From NCBI RefSeq assembly GCF_028641065.1, contig NC_073394.1:23994001-24058000 (forward strand): a stretch of DNA of 64,000 nucleotides, in the 5' to 3' direction. Below, one piece after another: positions 21,811 to 34,040 of this stretch. Numbering within the stretch: the first letter of the stretch is position 1; every line of letters begins with the position of its first letter. The DNA is from Leucoraja erinacea. Lineage: Eukaryota. The position numbers and the translations under genes were made by a program. Under the pieces are notes generated by a model. It ran no database searches and was not told where the DNA came from. It worked only from the letters and a program-made list of their open reading frames with translations.

Positions 21811-24105
21811 AAGTGAGGATACGAAGGAGCTTAAAGTTGTCAGATGCAATGCTGTGGGAAATGCTCAGGAGAGAAGAGCAGAATCAGAATCACCCATTCA
21901 TCCATCCAACTGCCTTCCTTAATCCTTCAATTAAGTGGCCCTTCCAATTTATCCCCAAGGCAAATAAGGTCATGTGATAGGAGCAGAATTTGGCCATTCA
22001 GCCCGTCAAGTCTACTCCACCATTCAATCATGGCTGATCCATCTCTCTCTCCTAACGTCAAAAGTGACCAGCTAGTATACAACATTTCCTATTTGTGTTT
22101 TTGTTCCAGTGAAGTTAAATTAAAGCACATTAACTGTTGTGTTTCAGTCTGATCACACACACATTTATGCCTGTAATTCTTAAATGCCACACTCCCATAA
22201 TATGTGGTTAGGTTTAGTGAAATGCTGAGATGTAATGTTGTGATGGACACATCACTGAAAAAAATCTAAAACTATTATTTCAGGCAACTTATGTTACTCC
22301 TAGCATCTGATATGGTATAATTTAACAAAATTGGCTGACCATCTATCTGGAGGGAGGGTGCATATAGAGAATGCTTCGCAAGCTTTGTGAAACAATTTGC
22401 AATCTGAGACTTGTAACACAAATGTCATTGTGGTGACAATGTATAACTGCATGAACGTAATTGAAAGTCTAAGCGAAGACATAATTGGTAAATTATACAG
22501 CAGAGGGTAATGTGGAACATATTATCTCAGCCACTGCTTGGTTTAGGTTTGTTATTGTCACGTGTAGCGAGCTTTGTTTTGTAAGCTATCCAGACAGATT
22601 AGATACACCATATATACAATTAAGTCTAACTCAAGTTCAATACAAGAGAGAAAATAAAAGAGAGGAAAGGGGAAGATACAGAGTGCAGTAGATAGTTCTA
22701 GTGCATCTGTTCCATAGACTCTGCTTCTCAGCATGGGAGCTAACAATAGCTCAGTACATTTTCAACATTACATCACCAGTAGTAATTATAAGTTATTGTT
22801 TTTAATCAGTAATGCAGTTTAGAAACGTTGTTTTTTATTAGATAAATATATACAGACATATTATAGTTTTAAATAGGATGTAACTGCAATAAATCACAGA
22901 TTTGTTAATATTTCCATTCAGATGAATAAACAGTGGTGAGTTGACAATCATCAGGTGGAAGCATTAATCCACAAGATATGATGTTCTACCTGCATGGTTA
23001 TTTATAACACACCTCTCTGCCACTAAACCCCACCAATCACTATCTCCAATGCCCCCTGTCCCAAATCCCAATGAAAGTAGACCTACCTGAACACTTCTTC
23101 AGTCTAAGAAGGATTCCGACAATAAACATCACCTGTCCATCCCTCCATCAATACTGCCTGACATGCTGTGTTCCTCTAGGACCGTGTTTTGATCCAAATT
23201 CCAGCATCTGCATTTCCTTGTGTCTCCTACTTGAACACTACGTTGATAGTGTTTTCATGATTCTGCAGCAGCAGCATGGTAGTGCTAAAACCCATGAGAA
23301 TTTGCAGGATATTGCACAACAATTAGATGCAACTGCTTCATTCCCTTGTGGTGTTTGTGGGACCACCTTTCAGCAGTCCAGGTGAAGCAAAAATTCTGGA
23401 TTAAATATAGAGGAGACTTGGCTCCTAGAAGGATTATAGGCTGGCATGTGGGTGGTGGGCCCATCAATCACAGAGGGACTCCACTGATGCACCCGCTTTC
23501 TCAGCAGAAACCGCCATATGTACAGATAGTTGGCGATCAGTGTCTGCACATCAGTCAGCTGATCCGGCCCATGGGCTTACATCTTCAGCTGGAAGGTTTG
23601 TGCATGGCCTCTGCACCGATAACATTAATTGCGCCAAAATTAATTGCACTTTTAAAGCCACAATAAGACTCAATAATTTCTAAGAACTTTGAAACATGAA
23701 AGATACAAGATACAAGAAACATGGCGACTCTTACGTGCTGCCTTAGTGTAATCTAGTATTGTTTCATTTGGGTATGATTGTGCTTATGTTTAGTAAGATT
23801 TCACTGAATTGTTTGCAAAAACATTTCACTGTATCTGGTTATATACGACAAAGTAACATTGAACCATTAATTCTGTTTATGTTGGTAGTATTCATATATA
23901 ATTTATCTATGATGCCAATGTGTAAAGAACTAATATGTTCTCAACCATTAACACTGCATAAATGTCTAATACATAACTGATAGAATTTCTTTATTATTAT
24001 TATTAAGTAATTATTTCAGTACTTATTGTGGTGACGTATGCACATCATTATGTGTGCTGTTTGAACACACCATTAATAGCTATGCTGTTTGTTTTCTTAT
24101 TTCAG

Positions 24106-24169
24106 CTTCTTACATGCCTGGAATGACAGCAGGAATGGCACAATATCCAGCAGGCCATGCCAATACTGG
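24106..24169 (+). CDS. TSG101: TSG101 exon 6 (SYMPGMTAGMAQYPAGHANT)
   Basis: ttcag acceptor; gtacaa donor; SYMPGM conserved; phase fits exon 7. Confidence 0.87.
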
Positions 24170-24290
24170 GTACAATTTATATTTACAAGATTAGCAATAC
24201 TGAGCACTTTTAAAACTATTTGAATGCTGCCTTTTACCATATAGGTTTGGCTGGTATTCCTCAGTACTGTGCGTGTATGCGTGTCCCAAT

Positions 24291-24700
24291 CAGTGTTCCC
24301 TCTAAGCTGTGCACGTGTATGCGCGCACACAAGTTTTGAAACCAGCGCACAAAGAAAATTTATGCGCACAAAGGATTTTGAAATTTGGGGGGGGGGGAAA
24401 TCGCCGCTATGACATTTCTCTGCTATAAATGATAGTGGAGACATTTTATAGCGGAGAGTTTTTTTTTCGAATGTCAAAATCCGCGTCTCGATGCGGCATA
24501 TGGGACAGCTGCAGCCCCCTCTGGCATCGGGAAATCCGGTCCGCATCCCCACGCTTCAGCAGGGGGAGGGCCAGGGCCGCCCTCCTCAAAGATGGTGGCG
24601 CTGTTGGCTGGAACCCAGCGGTAAATGGACAGGACTCGACCTTGGAGAGGGAGGTAGGGAGGGGATGGGAGAAAGGGAGAGAGGGAATAGGGGAGGAGAG
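24291..24700 (+). mobile_element. hAT-like element fragment (one terminus)
   Basis: CAGTGTTCCCTCTAAG terminus followed by gcgcaca repeats and a GC-rich interior; no matching second end seen. Confidence 0.45.
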
Positions 24701-25543
24701 ATCAACTCTCAGAATGGGACATTCAGACCCTTTCTGCTGGAGTGACTGATTCTTTACTTTCTTAGTAATTAATAATTTCCCCTTCCTCGGTAATGTATCT
24801 TTTTCTTGGCAACGTTGCCTTTCCTTTTAAAATTAAAAGCATTCTTGGGATGTGGCCATCTCTCTGAAAATTAGCGTTCATCCCTCTCCCTTACAACCCT
24901 AGACAAGGTAAGTTATCTTCGAATTGTTGCACACCATGTGATACTCTCACAGCACTGTTGAGTTGAAGTATAAAGTATTGTTAACCCAGGGTTGTTGTTA
25001 AGCACGGGGGTTCAGGGTTTGAAACATTTCCATCATCAACAGATTGTGCCAGAAAGCTGCAATGCCTAATGTATGAAATTCATCGCCATGCGCGTTATGG
25101 TAATTGGTGATGGTATTAACTGCTTCCCTTTGTCAGGAACATCTACTTCCTGTTGTAGATGTACGGATGCCACATGCAATTCCTATGTTATATCTGTTTT
25201 CAGCATCTACTAGGAAAGACACTGCAGGCTACAGCTGGATGAACCATTTGAGGAGATGGAAATAGTCAGTAATGTCAGTTGGGTCATGAATATACTTCCT
25301 CCTAAAATACATTTTCCAATATTCGATGTTTGTGTGCTTTATTGTGTACAGTCAGAGATTGTGATAACAAGAGTCCATGTTGATCCTGTGGCCAGACATC
25401 AGGCTGGGATCTGGTATCAATGATCCTCTGGCAACTGTCTGTCTGCTGCAGAATTTTCCTTCTCTTCCATCTATTGTACTTTGATTTTACTAAAATATTT
25501 TATGAGATGGTGAGGTTTGGTTTTCTTTCTTTCATGTTTGCAG

Positions 25544-25647
25544 AGGGTTTCCAGGATTTCCTTATCCCCCGGGAGGTGCATATCCTCCAACCACAGCCAC
25601 AGCGCAACAGCATCCATATTCCAACCAGCCACCTGCCGCAGGTGTTG
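25544..25647 (+). CDS. TSG101: TSG101 exon 7 (GFPGFPYPPGGAYPPTTATAQQHPYSNQPPAAGV)
   Basis: tgcag acceptor; gtaaga donor; Pro-rich region. Confidence 0.92.
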
Positions 25648-25854
25648 GTAAGAACACAAATACTTAATCATCTGTAGGTTGGATACTGGAAATACTGGGC
25701 TGTATAAGCTGGCATCTGACCTGATATCAGTCGGTTCCTTTTAGCATATACTCAGTTCCTGTCTAGTGGGCATGATGGAGGAGCACTGTGAGCTGATTGA
25801 TGTTCCATTGATCCAGTGTCTCACCAGTGACTTTGCAAGTTGGCAATATTGAGT

Positions 25855-26090
25855 TTATTTTAGAGTGGAAACAGGCCCTTTGGCTCACTGAGTCTGCCCT
25901 GACCGCGATCAAGCCATACACTAACACAATCCTGCACACTAGAGATCATTTACAGAAGCCAATTAACATACAAATCTGCACAGGCAGAACATGCAAACTC
26001 CACACAGACAAGCACCCACGGTCAGGATCAAACCTGGGTCTCTTGTACCGTAAGGCAGCAACTCTCCCACTGCGGCACTTTGCCGCCCCC
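25855..26090 (-). mobile_element. V-SINE (internally deleted)
   Basis: ggaaacaggccc...tgcaaactccacacagac family motifs. Confidence 0.7.
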
Positions 26091-26609
26091 CTGCCAAATC
26101 ATGAAAGTGTCGGATCAAATTATTTGCGATGGGGATCACAACATAACCTTTATTGCTGTCCAATAGTAAATTCCCACATGTGTGCTTGCTTGCAAAAATC
26201 ATGACGATCAAGAGAAGAAACACTGGTGCTTTCACCCCTCTCTTAACCCAGGAGCACAGAGTCCTCATCACTACTTTGATCAGTGCCTTAACTAAGATCA
26301 GCCACCTCGGCTTTTTAATGTCACTTGGCTATATCAGGAACAGGAATCTTAGCTGACCTCTAGCTCCTCATAGAGCACGCACCAGAAGCCTATTAAGTTT
26401 AACAGAAAGGAATCTTCTGCATTTTGCTGATGCTAAACTTGGTGGACAGCCACAAGCAACCACTCAGCAGTGGAAAACTTGCCTCTTATACTTGTGTACA
26501 ATACAGTATAGCAAAATCCCAATCGAGATCCTCAATATAAAACAGCATTTTAAATCACAGGACAGTGATTATTTTCATATTTCTTAGAATGATTTTTTTT
26601 AAATATGAC

Positions 26610-26900
26610 AGGCAGCACAGTGGTACAGCTACTGCCTTGCAGCACCAGAGACCCAGGTTAGATCCAGACTTCGGGTGGTGTTGGTGTGATATTTGCACAT
26701 TCTCACTGACCACCTGGGTTTTCCTAGGGGTGCCCTCTGCTCCGGTTACCTTCCACATCCTAAAGATGTGTGTATTTGTAAGCTATATGGCCACTATTGC
26801 CCCTAGTATGTAGGATGATACAGATTTACTATGAACAAGTGATCGATGGTCAGTTTGGACTTGGATTGCCGAAGGATTTGTTTCCATGTTGTGTCTTTTA
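26610..26900 (+). mobile_element. V-SINE
   Basis: Family head and V-domain, degenerate. Confidence 0.65.
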
Positions 26901-27517
26901 ATCAATGAAACTGGAGATAAAAGTTCCTCTTCCGTCAGGCTTATCGACCCAATATTTCAGTATGTGAATCCACTCTTCTTGGCCCAACATACCATTTTTT
27001 TGGATTCCCACTATTTTCTTATTGCTAATTGTGGAGTTTCACCAATACCAACAGGAATACTTTCTTCCAGTGTTTTTTCATTTTAATTATGGAACTTAAG
27101 TTCCAATGTCCCCCATTGGTTTAATCAGACAGTAGTTTTAACCGCTTTAGTCCATTCACCATCCACAATTAAAACATTTTTCTTGATGTCCATGTCACAA
27201 TTTTGTTTTCGTGTTTCTCCGTTTGCCTCTTCCTGCAAAATGTTTCCTTTAGAGACTCTAAATGAAAACATTTATAAAAGCATAAAATGAAAGATTCTGA
27301 GCTTTCACTCAGTTCTTTTGAAGTGCTATTAAGGTTAACAGCAACACCAGAAGAAAGGTGTGGTCTGTCTTGTGTTTGGAAATGACCAGATCAAAGTGTG
27401 TGAATTGAATCTATTCCAAGGCTCAAGGACAATGTGTATATTTTGTCCTGGACAGTTTGCTGATTGAGCTTAATAAGAGTTTAATTATTTGTCAACATCA
27501 AGCTGTTTGTGTTGCAG

Positions 27518-27717
27518 GTCCCGGCAGAGACACCATTAGTGAGGATACAATCCGTGCTTCACTGATCTCTGCAGTTAGTGATAAACTGCGCTGGCGGATG
27601 AAAGAGGAAATGGACCGTGCCCAAGCTGAACTTGATGCCCTCAAACGGACAGAGGAGGACCTAAAGAAAGGCCACCAGAAGCTGGAAATGATGGTCAATC
27701 ACTTGGATCAGGAACTG
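27518..27717 (+). CDS. TSG101: TSG101 exon 8 (PGRDTISEDTIRASLISAVSDKLRWRMKEEM...DQEL)
   Basis: tgcag acceptor; gtaaga donor. Confidence 0.96.
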
Positions 27718-28200
27718 GTAAGATCAAGTCACAGTAAAGGATTGCAACCTTTTCTAATCTAGTAATGGCAGCTCTCATTACTTATTGCACCATAAATTTG
27801 CCAGGAGGACTAAAAGATTAGCCTAATAATTTCTATTTAAACATGTTTCAGGTCAGATTTTTACCATGCAAGTTGCAAAGATCAGGATTACACCCTCCAG
27901 TCTGACTTACTCAATGATCCTGTCAATGTAGTAAAATCAGTGGAACAGTCTTAACTGCAGGCTGTAAAACATGTGTCTGGACATAATTTGGAACACAGTT
28001 ATATTAAGAAAAGTAAATTATCAACCTGCAAAAGGGCTGCTCCAAACGAGCCAGTTCCAAATTTAACCAAATTTCCTTGCCTCAGAGCAAAACACAAAGT
28101 GCTGGAATAACATGACGAGTCATGCAGCATCAGTGGAGGGAACGGACAGGCAACATTTTGTGTTGGGACCCTTTGGCCCGAAACCATGCCTATCTATTCC

Positions 28201-29322
28201 ATATAACAATTACAGCACGGAAACAGGCCATCTCGGCCCTACAAGTCCGTGCCGAACAACTTTTTTCCCTTAGTCCCACCTGCCTGCACTCATACCATAA
28301 CCATCCATTCCCTTCTCATCCATATGCCTATCCAATTTATTTTTAAATGATACCAACGAACCTGCCTCCACCACTTCCACTGGAAGCTCATTCCACACCG
28401 CTACCACTCTCTGAGTAAAGAAGTTCCCCCTCATGTTACCCCTAAACTTCTGTCCCTTAATTCTGAAGTCATGTCCTCTTGTTTGAATCTTCCCTATTTT
28501 CAAAGGGAAAAGCTGATCCACACATCTCTGTCTATCCCTCTCATCATTTTAAAGACCTCTATCAAGTCCCCCCCTTAACCTTCTGTGCTCCAGAGAATAA
28601 AGACCTAACTTATTCAACCTTTCTCTGTAACTTAGTTGTTGAAACCCAGGCAACATTCTAGTAAATCTCCTCTGTACTCTCTCTATTTTGTTGACATCCT
28701 TCCTATAATTGGGCGACCAAAATTGTACACCATACTCCAGATTTGGTCTCACCAATGCCTTGTACAATTTTAACATTACATCCCAGCTTCTATACTCAAT
28801 GCTCTGATTTATAAAGGCTAGCATACCAAAAGCTTTCTTTACCACCCTATCTATATGAGATTCCACCTTCAAGGAACTATGCACGGTTATTCCCAGATCC
28901 CTCTGTTCAACTGTATTCTTCAATTCCCTACCATTTACCATGTATGTCCTATTTTGATTTGTCCTGCCAAGGTGTAGCACCTCACATTTATCAGCATTAA
29001 ACTCCATCTGCCATCTTTCAGCCCATTCTTCCAAATCACTCTGTAGACTTTGGAAATCCTCTTCATTATCCACAACACCCCCTATCTTGGTATCATCTGC
29101 ATACTTACTAATCCAATTTACCACACCTTCATCCAGATCATTGATGTACATGACAAACAACAAAGGACCCAACACCGATCCCTGAGGCACCCCACTAGTC
29201 ACCTGCCTCCAACCCGACAAACAACCATCCACCATTACCCTCTGGCTTCTCCCATTCAGCCACTGTTGAATCCATCTTGCTACTCCTGCACTTATACCCA
29301 ACAGTTGAACCTTCTTAACCAC
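28201..29322 (-). mobile_element. Young 5'-truncated CR1 LINE (RT domain)
   Basis: 257-aa ORF with GVPQGSVLGP and YADD motifs; intact 3' tail; ATTCC duplicated at 28196-28200 and 29323-29327. Confidence 0.95.
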
Positions 29323-29619
29323 ATTCCTTCCACAGATGCTGCTTGACCCGCTGAATTATTCCAGCACTGTGTTTTGCCCATCTTTTTGAATAGCGGATTG
29401 CCAACCTTCGTTTAAGGGAAAAATTATATTTTTATTTCAGTGGATATTATATTTATATACTAGGAATTGCAGATGCTGCTTTACACAAAAAAAAAGGTGC
29501 TGGAGTAATTGAGCAGGTCATGCAGAACCTGGATAGGTGTGTATGTTTATAATCAATCTAATGTTTTCATATTCATTTTTGAATATTTTCTAACTATTTT
29601 AAACTCCATAAGCTTGCAG

Positions 29620-30360
29620 GTGGAAGTGGTGGCACTGCCATGCAACTGTGGCTCGCCTGCAGTCCGTCTGTCTTTTCCTTTTTTTGTTTTCTTTTGTCTT
29701 GTTAGATGTATGTTTTAGTTTTTTAGTTGAGTATGTGTGGGGGGTGGGGGAAACTTGTTTTAGTCTCTTCCTTCAGGGGGGATGCGACCTTTTCTTTGTC
29801 GTGTCTCCGTCTCCGTCTGCGCTGAGACCTAATCGCGGAGCTGGAGGCCTCCAACTGGGTCAAACCTCGAGGCTCCGGAGGCAGAGCCAGGACTCACCAT
29901 CACGAAGCTGGCTGACTTCGGGGCTGTGGCAGCGGCCTGACTTCGGCCCGCCTCGGAGGCCTCGGCCACGGGCCCAGTGGATGATAACATCGGGAGCTCA
30001 CAGGTCCCAGGTTGGTGACCGATTCTCTGGAGCTCCCGCAACTACAGCTTCGTCCGCCCCGGGCCGCAGAGTGTGAACCGGCCCGTTCACGGAGCTTGGA
30101 TTCGGCACTTACCATCACCCGGTGGGGGCCCCAACATCGAAAGCCTGGATCGCCTCAACGCAGAGAGAGAACGCAAGGAAGGAAGAGACAAAGATTTTAA
30201 GACTTTTGCCTTCCATCACAGTGAGGAGGAGCCTGGTAGACTCACTGTGTTGGATGTTAAACTGTGTTCATTGTGCGTTCTGTTATTTTATTTTCTGTCA
30301 TGACTGCAAGGTACGCAATTTCGTTCAAACTAAAAGTTTGAATGACAATAAAGGAAACTT
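29620..30360 (+). mobile_element. GC-rich non-autonomous retroelement
   Basis: CpG-rich interior; LINE-like end aatttcgttc...aatgacaataaa; no recognisable protein. Confidence 0.45.
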
Positions 30361-30725
30361 TATACTTCATGGAAGGGTCACACCGGATCCATTAGAAATA
30401 ATGTAATCATCTGTATGTTGGGAGTTTAGAGCTGGCGAAGAACAGAGGCATGGCCTCGTTTTTGCAATCAGGCCCCTCAAAGAATTAGTCTTCCTGCCTC
30501 CTCTCCTTCACTCTCATTTATCACAGAACTGGATATTAAAATATAAATTGTCATAAGTATTTTCAAAGTACTGATGTGGGACTACCATCAGTAGAGCTTT
30601 GTGTTATTAAATATTGATTGGGAAACACCTGCCTCTGGTTTTTAAAGTATTCCTGCAAACTGTCCTATCCACTCAGTGATGTTTGATCGTTTTAGTGTTC
30701 AATGACTCAAAACCTTCTTTTTCAG

Positions 30726-30965
30726 ACTGATGTAGACAAAAACATTGACGCACTAACGAAGAAGGATGAGGAGCTGAGTGTTGCACTGGAGAAAATGGAG
30801 AGCCAGACTGAAAATAATGACATTGATGAGGTTGTTGTGCCTACAGCACCCCTCTACAAACAAATCCTCAATCTTTATGCTGAGGAGAATGCCATTGAGG
30901 ACACCATTTTCTATCTGGGTGAAGCCCTGAGACGAGACGTCGTTGATTTGGAAGTCTTCTTAAAG
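30726..30965 (+). CDS. TSG101: TSG101 exon 9 (TDVDKNID...VPTAPLYKQILNLYAEENAIEDTIFYLGEALRR...FLK)
   Basis: ttcag acceptor; gtgatt donor. Confidence 0.96.
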
Positions 30966-32539
30966 GTGATTAGTTTGAACTGATGTGCTAACTATTTATG
31001 GTATTGAGTTCCTGCATCATCCACCTCATTCTCCTGAGTGCAGTAGCAACATTGAATAGTAATATGATCAGGTTGAGTGTTTAAAGTTCTCTGATCAATG
31101 TGGTGTGAGCCCCAATCCTAAAGTTGCATCTCTGGTTCCATACATATCACTCTTTATTGCCTCCTGGTCTGTGAAATCTTATTGCTCATCTATCCTTGTT
31201 CCATTAAATTGTGTTTCAACTTCCCTCTCTAGTACCCATTTTAGTGCATACGAGAGATCATCCGTGGGTACTGACCCTTTACTTTCATATCTGCCCTCAT
31301 AATTCCCTGTTCTTAGCTCTCACCTATATCAACAGTATTGTAGTCTGTCATCATGAATAATTGTTCTGACAATAATGCAGTAGCAGAGTCCATTGCTAAT
31401 GTCACATTCCTCGAGCGCTTTGATGACTAGTTTCGTGTTCTAGAGCATGTTCCAAACAAGCTCTTTCCAATAAGACCTTTTGTGGCTTGGTGCCAAAATT
31501 TAGTTAAGCCTCAGGTGAAGCATTATGTAATGTTTTACTTGGTTAAAGACAATGTAAATTACCAATTGTGATTCAACATTGTCAAGGGAATCAGTTCAAA
31601 TTATAATGATAGTTTGTTTACATTTGTTTGTAGATTAGGTTATATTAAATATACTTGATTATTGTAGAAAGCCCAACAAACTGCTATATCGTTATTTAAA
31701 TAGATTTTTTGTAACTTGAGAGGCAGGTATCAGTTCATTCATAATTTATGAATGCGCAATATGCTGTCAGTTTGTAACTTAAATCAATCTAGCAAATAGT
31801 CTACCATTAAGCATTGGTTATGAACCAGCAAGTAATGCATTAAAAGGAGGAAATAGATAAAATAATACAGCTCTTAGCCATTATTTCAGAAATATACAGT
31901 AGCTAGTTCCATCTGAATTTCCTTGTATAGTTCTGGTCTTCCCCATAAGTGGTAACATTCCCTCTGTATCCACTATCAAAGCCTTTCAACAATCTAAAAG
32001 ACATCACCAAATTCTATACCCCCACAATTCTATTATTCTTAAGCCTCTAAGGATGTGTAAAATAACGTGGGGGATAAGTATGCTACACTGGAGTGGTCTA
32101 AACAAGATTTTACATAGGTTTGACTTTATTTTATTGGTGGTCTTTTTTACCTCCGACATAACTTTAGTGTATTGATATAGTAGGATCTCTGTCCCTTATT
32201 ATCATGCAGACTTGATCTTCAATGTTATAAATGACTTTCCTATTCTTACCAAACTGCTGCTTGCATTTGTGTTGATCCTCTTCTGCAAGTTTAATGTTCT
32301 CTAATATTGTCAGTATCACCAAGAATGATTTTGTAGATGATCCAGAAATCATACAACTGATTACTCTATATATGCAATGATTATAAAAGTGGTCATGATT
32401 TGAAATCATTCATGGTAACTTGTTAAAGTTAATGAAACAGAATTGAAACACTAGCGTTTAAGCTTAATCATATTTCAAGATTACAAAACATAGCATGTCA
32501 CCACCATCTACACAAATTTTATTTTTCTCCTCTCCACAG

Positions 32540-32629
32540 CACGTGCGTCTCTTATCTCGCAAACAATTCCAGCTTCGAGCGTTGATGCAGAAAGCAAGAA
32601 AGACAGCTGGCCTTAGTGACTTGTACTGA
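32540..32629 (+). CDS. TSG101: TSG101 exon 10 (HVRLLSRKQFQLRALMQKARKTAGLSDLY*)
   Basis: ccacag acceptor; TGA at 32627-32629. Confidence 0.97.
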   Translation, partial: HVRLLSRKQFQLRALMQKARKTAGLSDLY

Positions 32630-32808
32630 GTGATTCTTTGATATTTAGAACCGGATCTGACTGACTGTCTGCAATTAACCAACTTTAACGAAAGGATAAG
32701 TTATTAGATATTCTAGCTGTAAATTATGTTAATTGATTGTTTTCTTAAATATGGTTTTGTGAAGGCACTTTGTATGTACCTGTAACTTTCAGGAGAGGTA
32801 GAAATTGG

Positions 32809-32814
32809 AATAAA
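32809..32814 (+). terminator. TSG101 polyadenylation signal AATAAA
   Basis: First AATAAA, 180 nt after the stop. Confidence 0.7.
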
Positions 32815-33049
32815 GATTCTTCAACTTGTAAGCTAAATGTAATTTTATCACATTTTCTAATTTTGGTAGCTTTCTTACAAACGCCTGGATCATTTTTTCT
32901 TTAGAATCTTGACTTCTACCAACACCATTCCAAATTATTTAAATGCACCTCATTAAGAATACTTAAATCAACTTCAAAGCCGATTTAATGATGAGTAAGT
33001 TTTCAGAAATCAAGAAAAGTGAACTTGGGTTTGTTTTAAAGTGATTGAC

Positions 33050-33055
33050 TTTATT
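33050..33055 (-). terminator. LDHA polyadenylation signal AATAAA
   Basis: tttatt on +, ~220 nt after the LDHA stop. Confidence 0.7.
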
Positions 33056-33273
33056 CAAAGCTGCCTCCTCTACATAAATACTGGCAATACTTGGGTAAGT
33101 AGAACAACATGATCAAACATTACAACACTGTTCTGACCAGGGTTAGAAAAATAGCCATAATTTACTCAAAGTAAATCCTTACAGTCAAGATAAGGGGGGG
33201 GGGGGGGTTACATACAACTGGTGATATTGTTAGCAGTGGAGTTTACTTCTGCATCAGAAGACAAGAGAGGGAT

Positions 33274-33438
33274 TCAGAATTTCAGGTCTTTCTGAATGTC
33301 CCACAAGGTGGTAGCACTCTGCTGAAGCTTTGCTTCTTCATCAGACTTTAGTGTCATCTTCACAACATTAGAAATTCCATGATTATCCAAAACACTTGGG
33401 AGACTCAGGAACACTTCATTGGTAATACCATAGAAATT
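33274..33438 (-). CDS. LDHA: LDHA last exon ([17 protein letters not shown]...IQKDLKF*)
   Basis: ccag acceptor on -; TGA stop. Confidence 0.95.
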   Translation of the reverse strand, partial: NFYGITNEVFLSLPSVLDNHGISNVVKMTLKSDEEAKLQQSATTLWDIQKDLKF

Positions 33439-33580
33439 CTGGTGGAAGAACAGGATGGTTAGTGTGCTGAAGCTGTTATTCAATTATTTCCCCCTCCCTC
33501 AAAGAGCTACCATCCCAGAGTGAGGGCAGGATATAATACTAGTTCCGCATTGCCCTGGCATGCAGCTTTGCTCCTCTTAC

Positions 33581-33704
33581 CTTAACCATTGTAGATACTG
33601 GATGAACTCTACGCAGGTTTTTCATTAAAGTTTCTGCCATATCTGCCACGGACATCCCAATAGCCCAGGATGTGTACCCTTTCAATTTTATCACCTCATA
33701 GGCA
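33581..33704 (-). CDS. LDHA: LDHA exon ([41 protein letters not shown])
   Basis: acag acceptor; gtaaga donor. Confidence 0.95.
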
Positions 33705-34040
33705 CTGTGGAACAATGAAACCCCATGTCACTCAGCACTTTGGTAAGATTATGATACATTTTGTTACCATTAAGCAAAATATTCTACCTACAACTGTCAT
33801 TCTTTACTGCCATATTATTCCCATTGTGCATGCAGTGCCAGTCTTGCCCAAGTGACACTACATGCAGACGCCTACAACTAACATTAATTGCTTGACCATC
33901 TCCATAAACACTTCAGATGTGGGTTACTTGACTGTGGTGCTTCAAATATTTTTGGCATATCGTTTATTTATTACTGTATTGGATGCTATGACTATTAATA
34001 ATTTCAGGTTGTGTAGCAGAATTGTCCCTTTTATGGTATA

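Larger units (their letters stand above)
12671..32629 (+). other. TSG101: TSG101 gene (ESCRT-I subunit), 10 coding exons, 393 aa
   Basis: Exons of 42, 85, 66, 164, 127, 64, 104, 200, 240 and 90 bp total 1182 bp in frame; UEV, Pro-rich, coiled-coil and steadiness-box regions. Confidence 0.97.

Noticed and set aside
29620-30360. Intragenic CpG island or nested gene in TSG101 intron 8
   Set aside because: Ends in a LINE-type aatgacaataaa tail and looks like a young GC-rich repeat; ORFs are uninformative.
33205-33276. Stop-codon read-through to a peroxisomal signal, as in LDHB
   Set aside because: Context is TGA ATC, not UGA CUAG, and the extension ends ...TSCM, not a PTS1.
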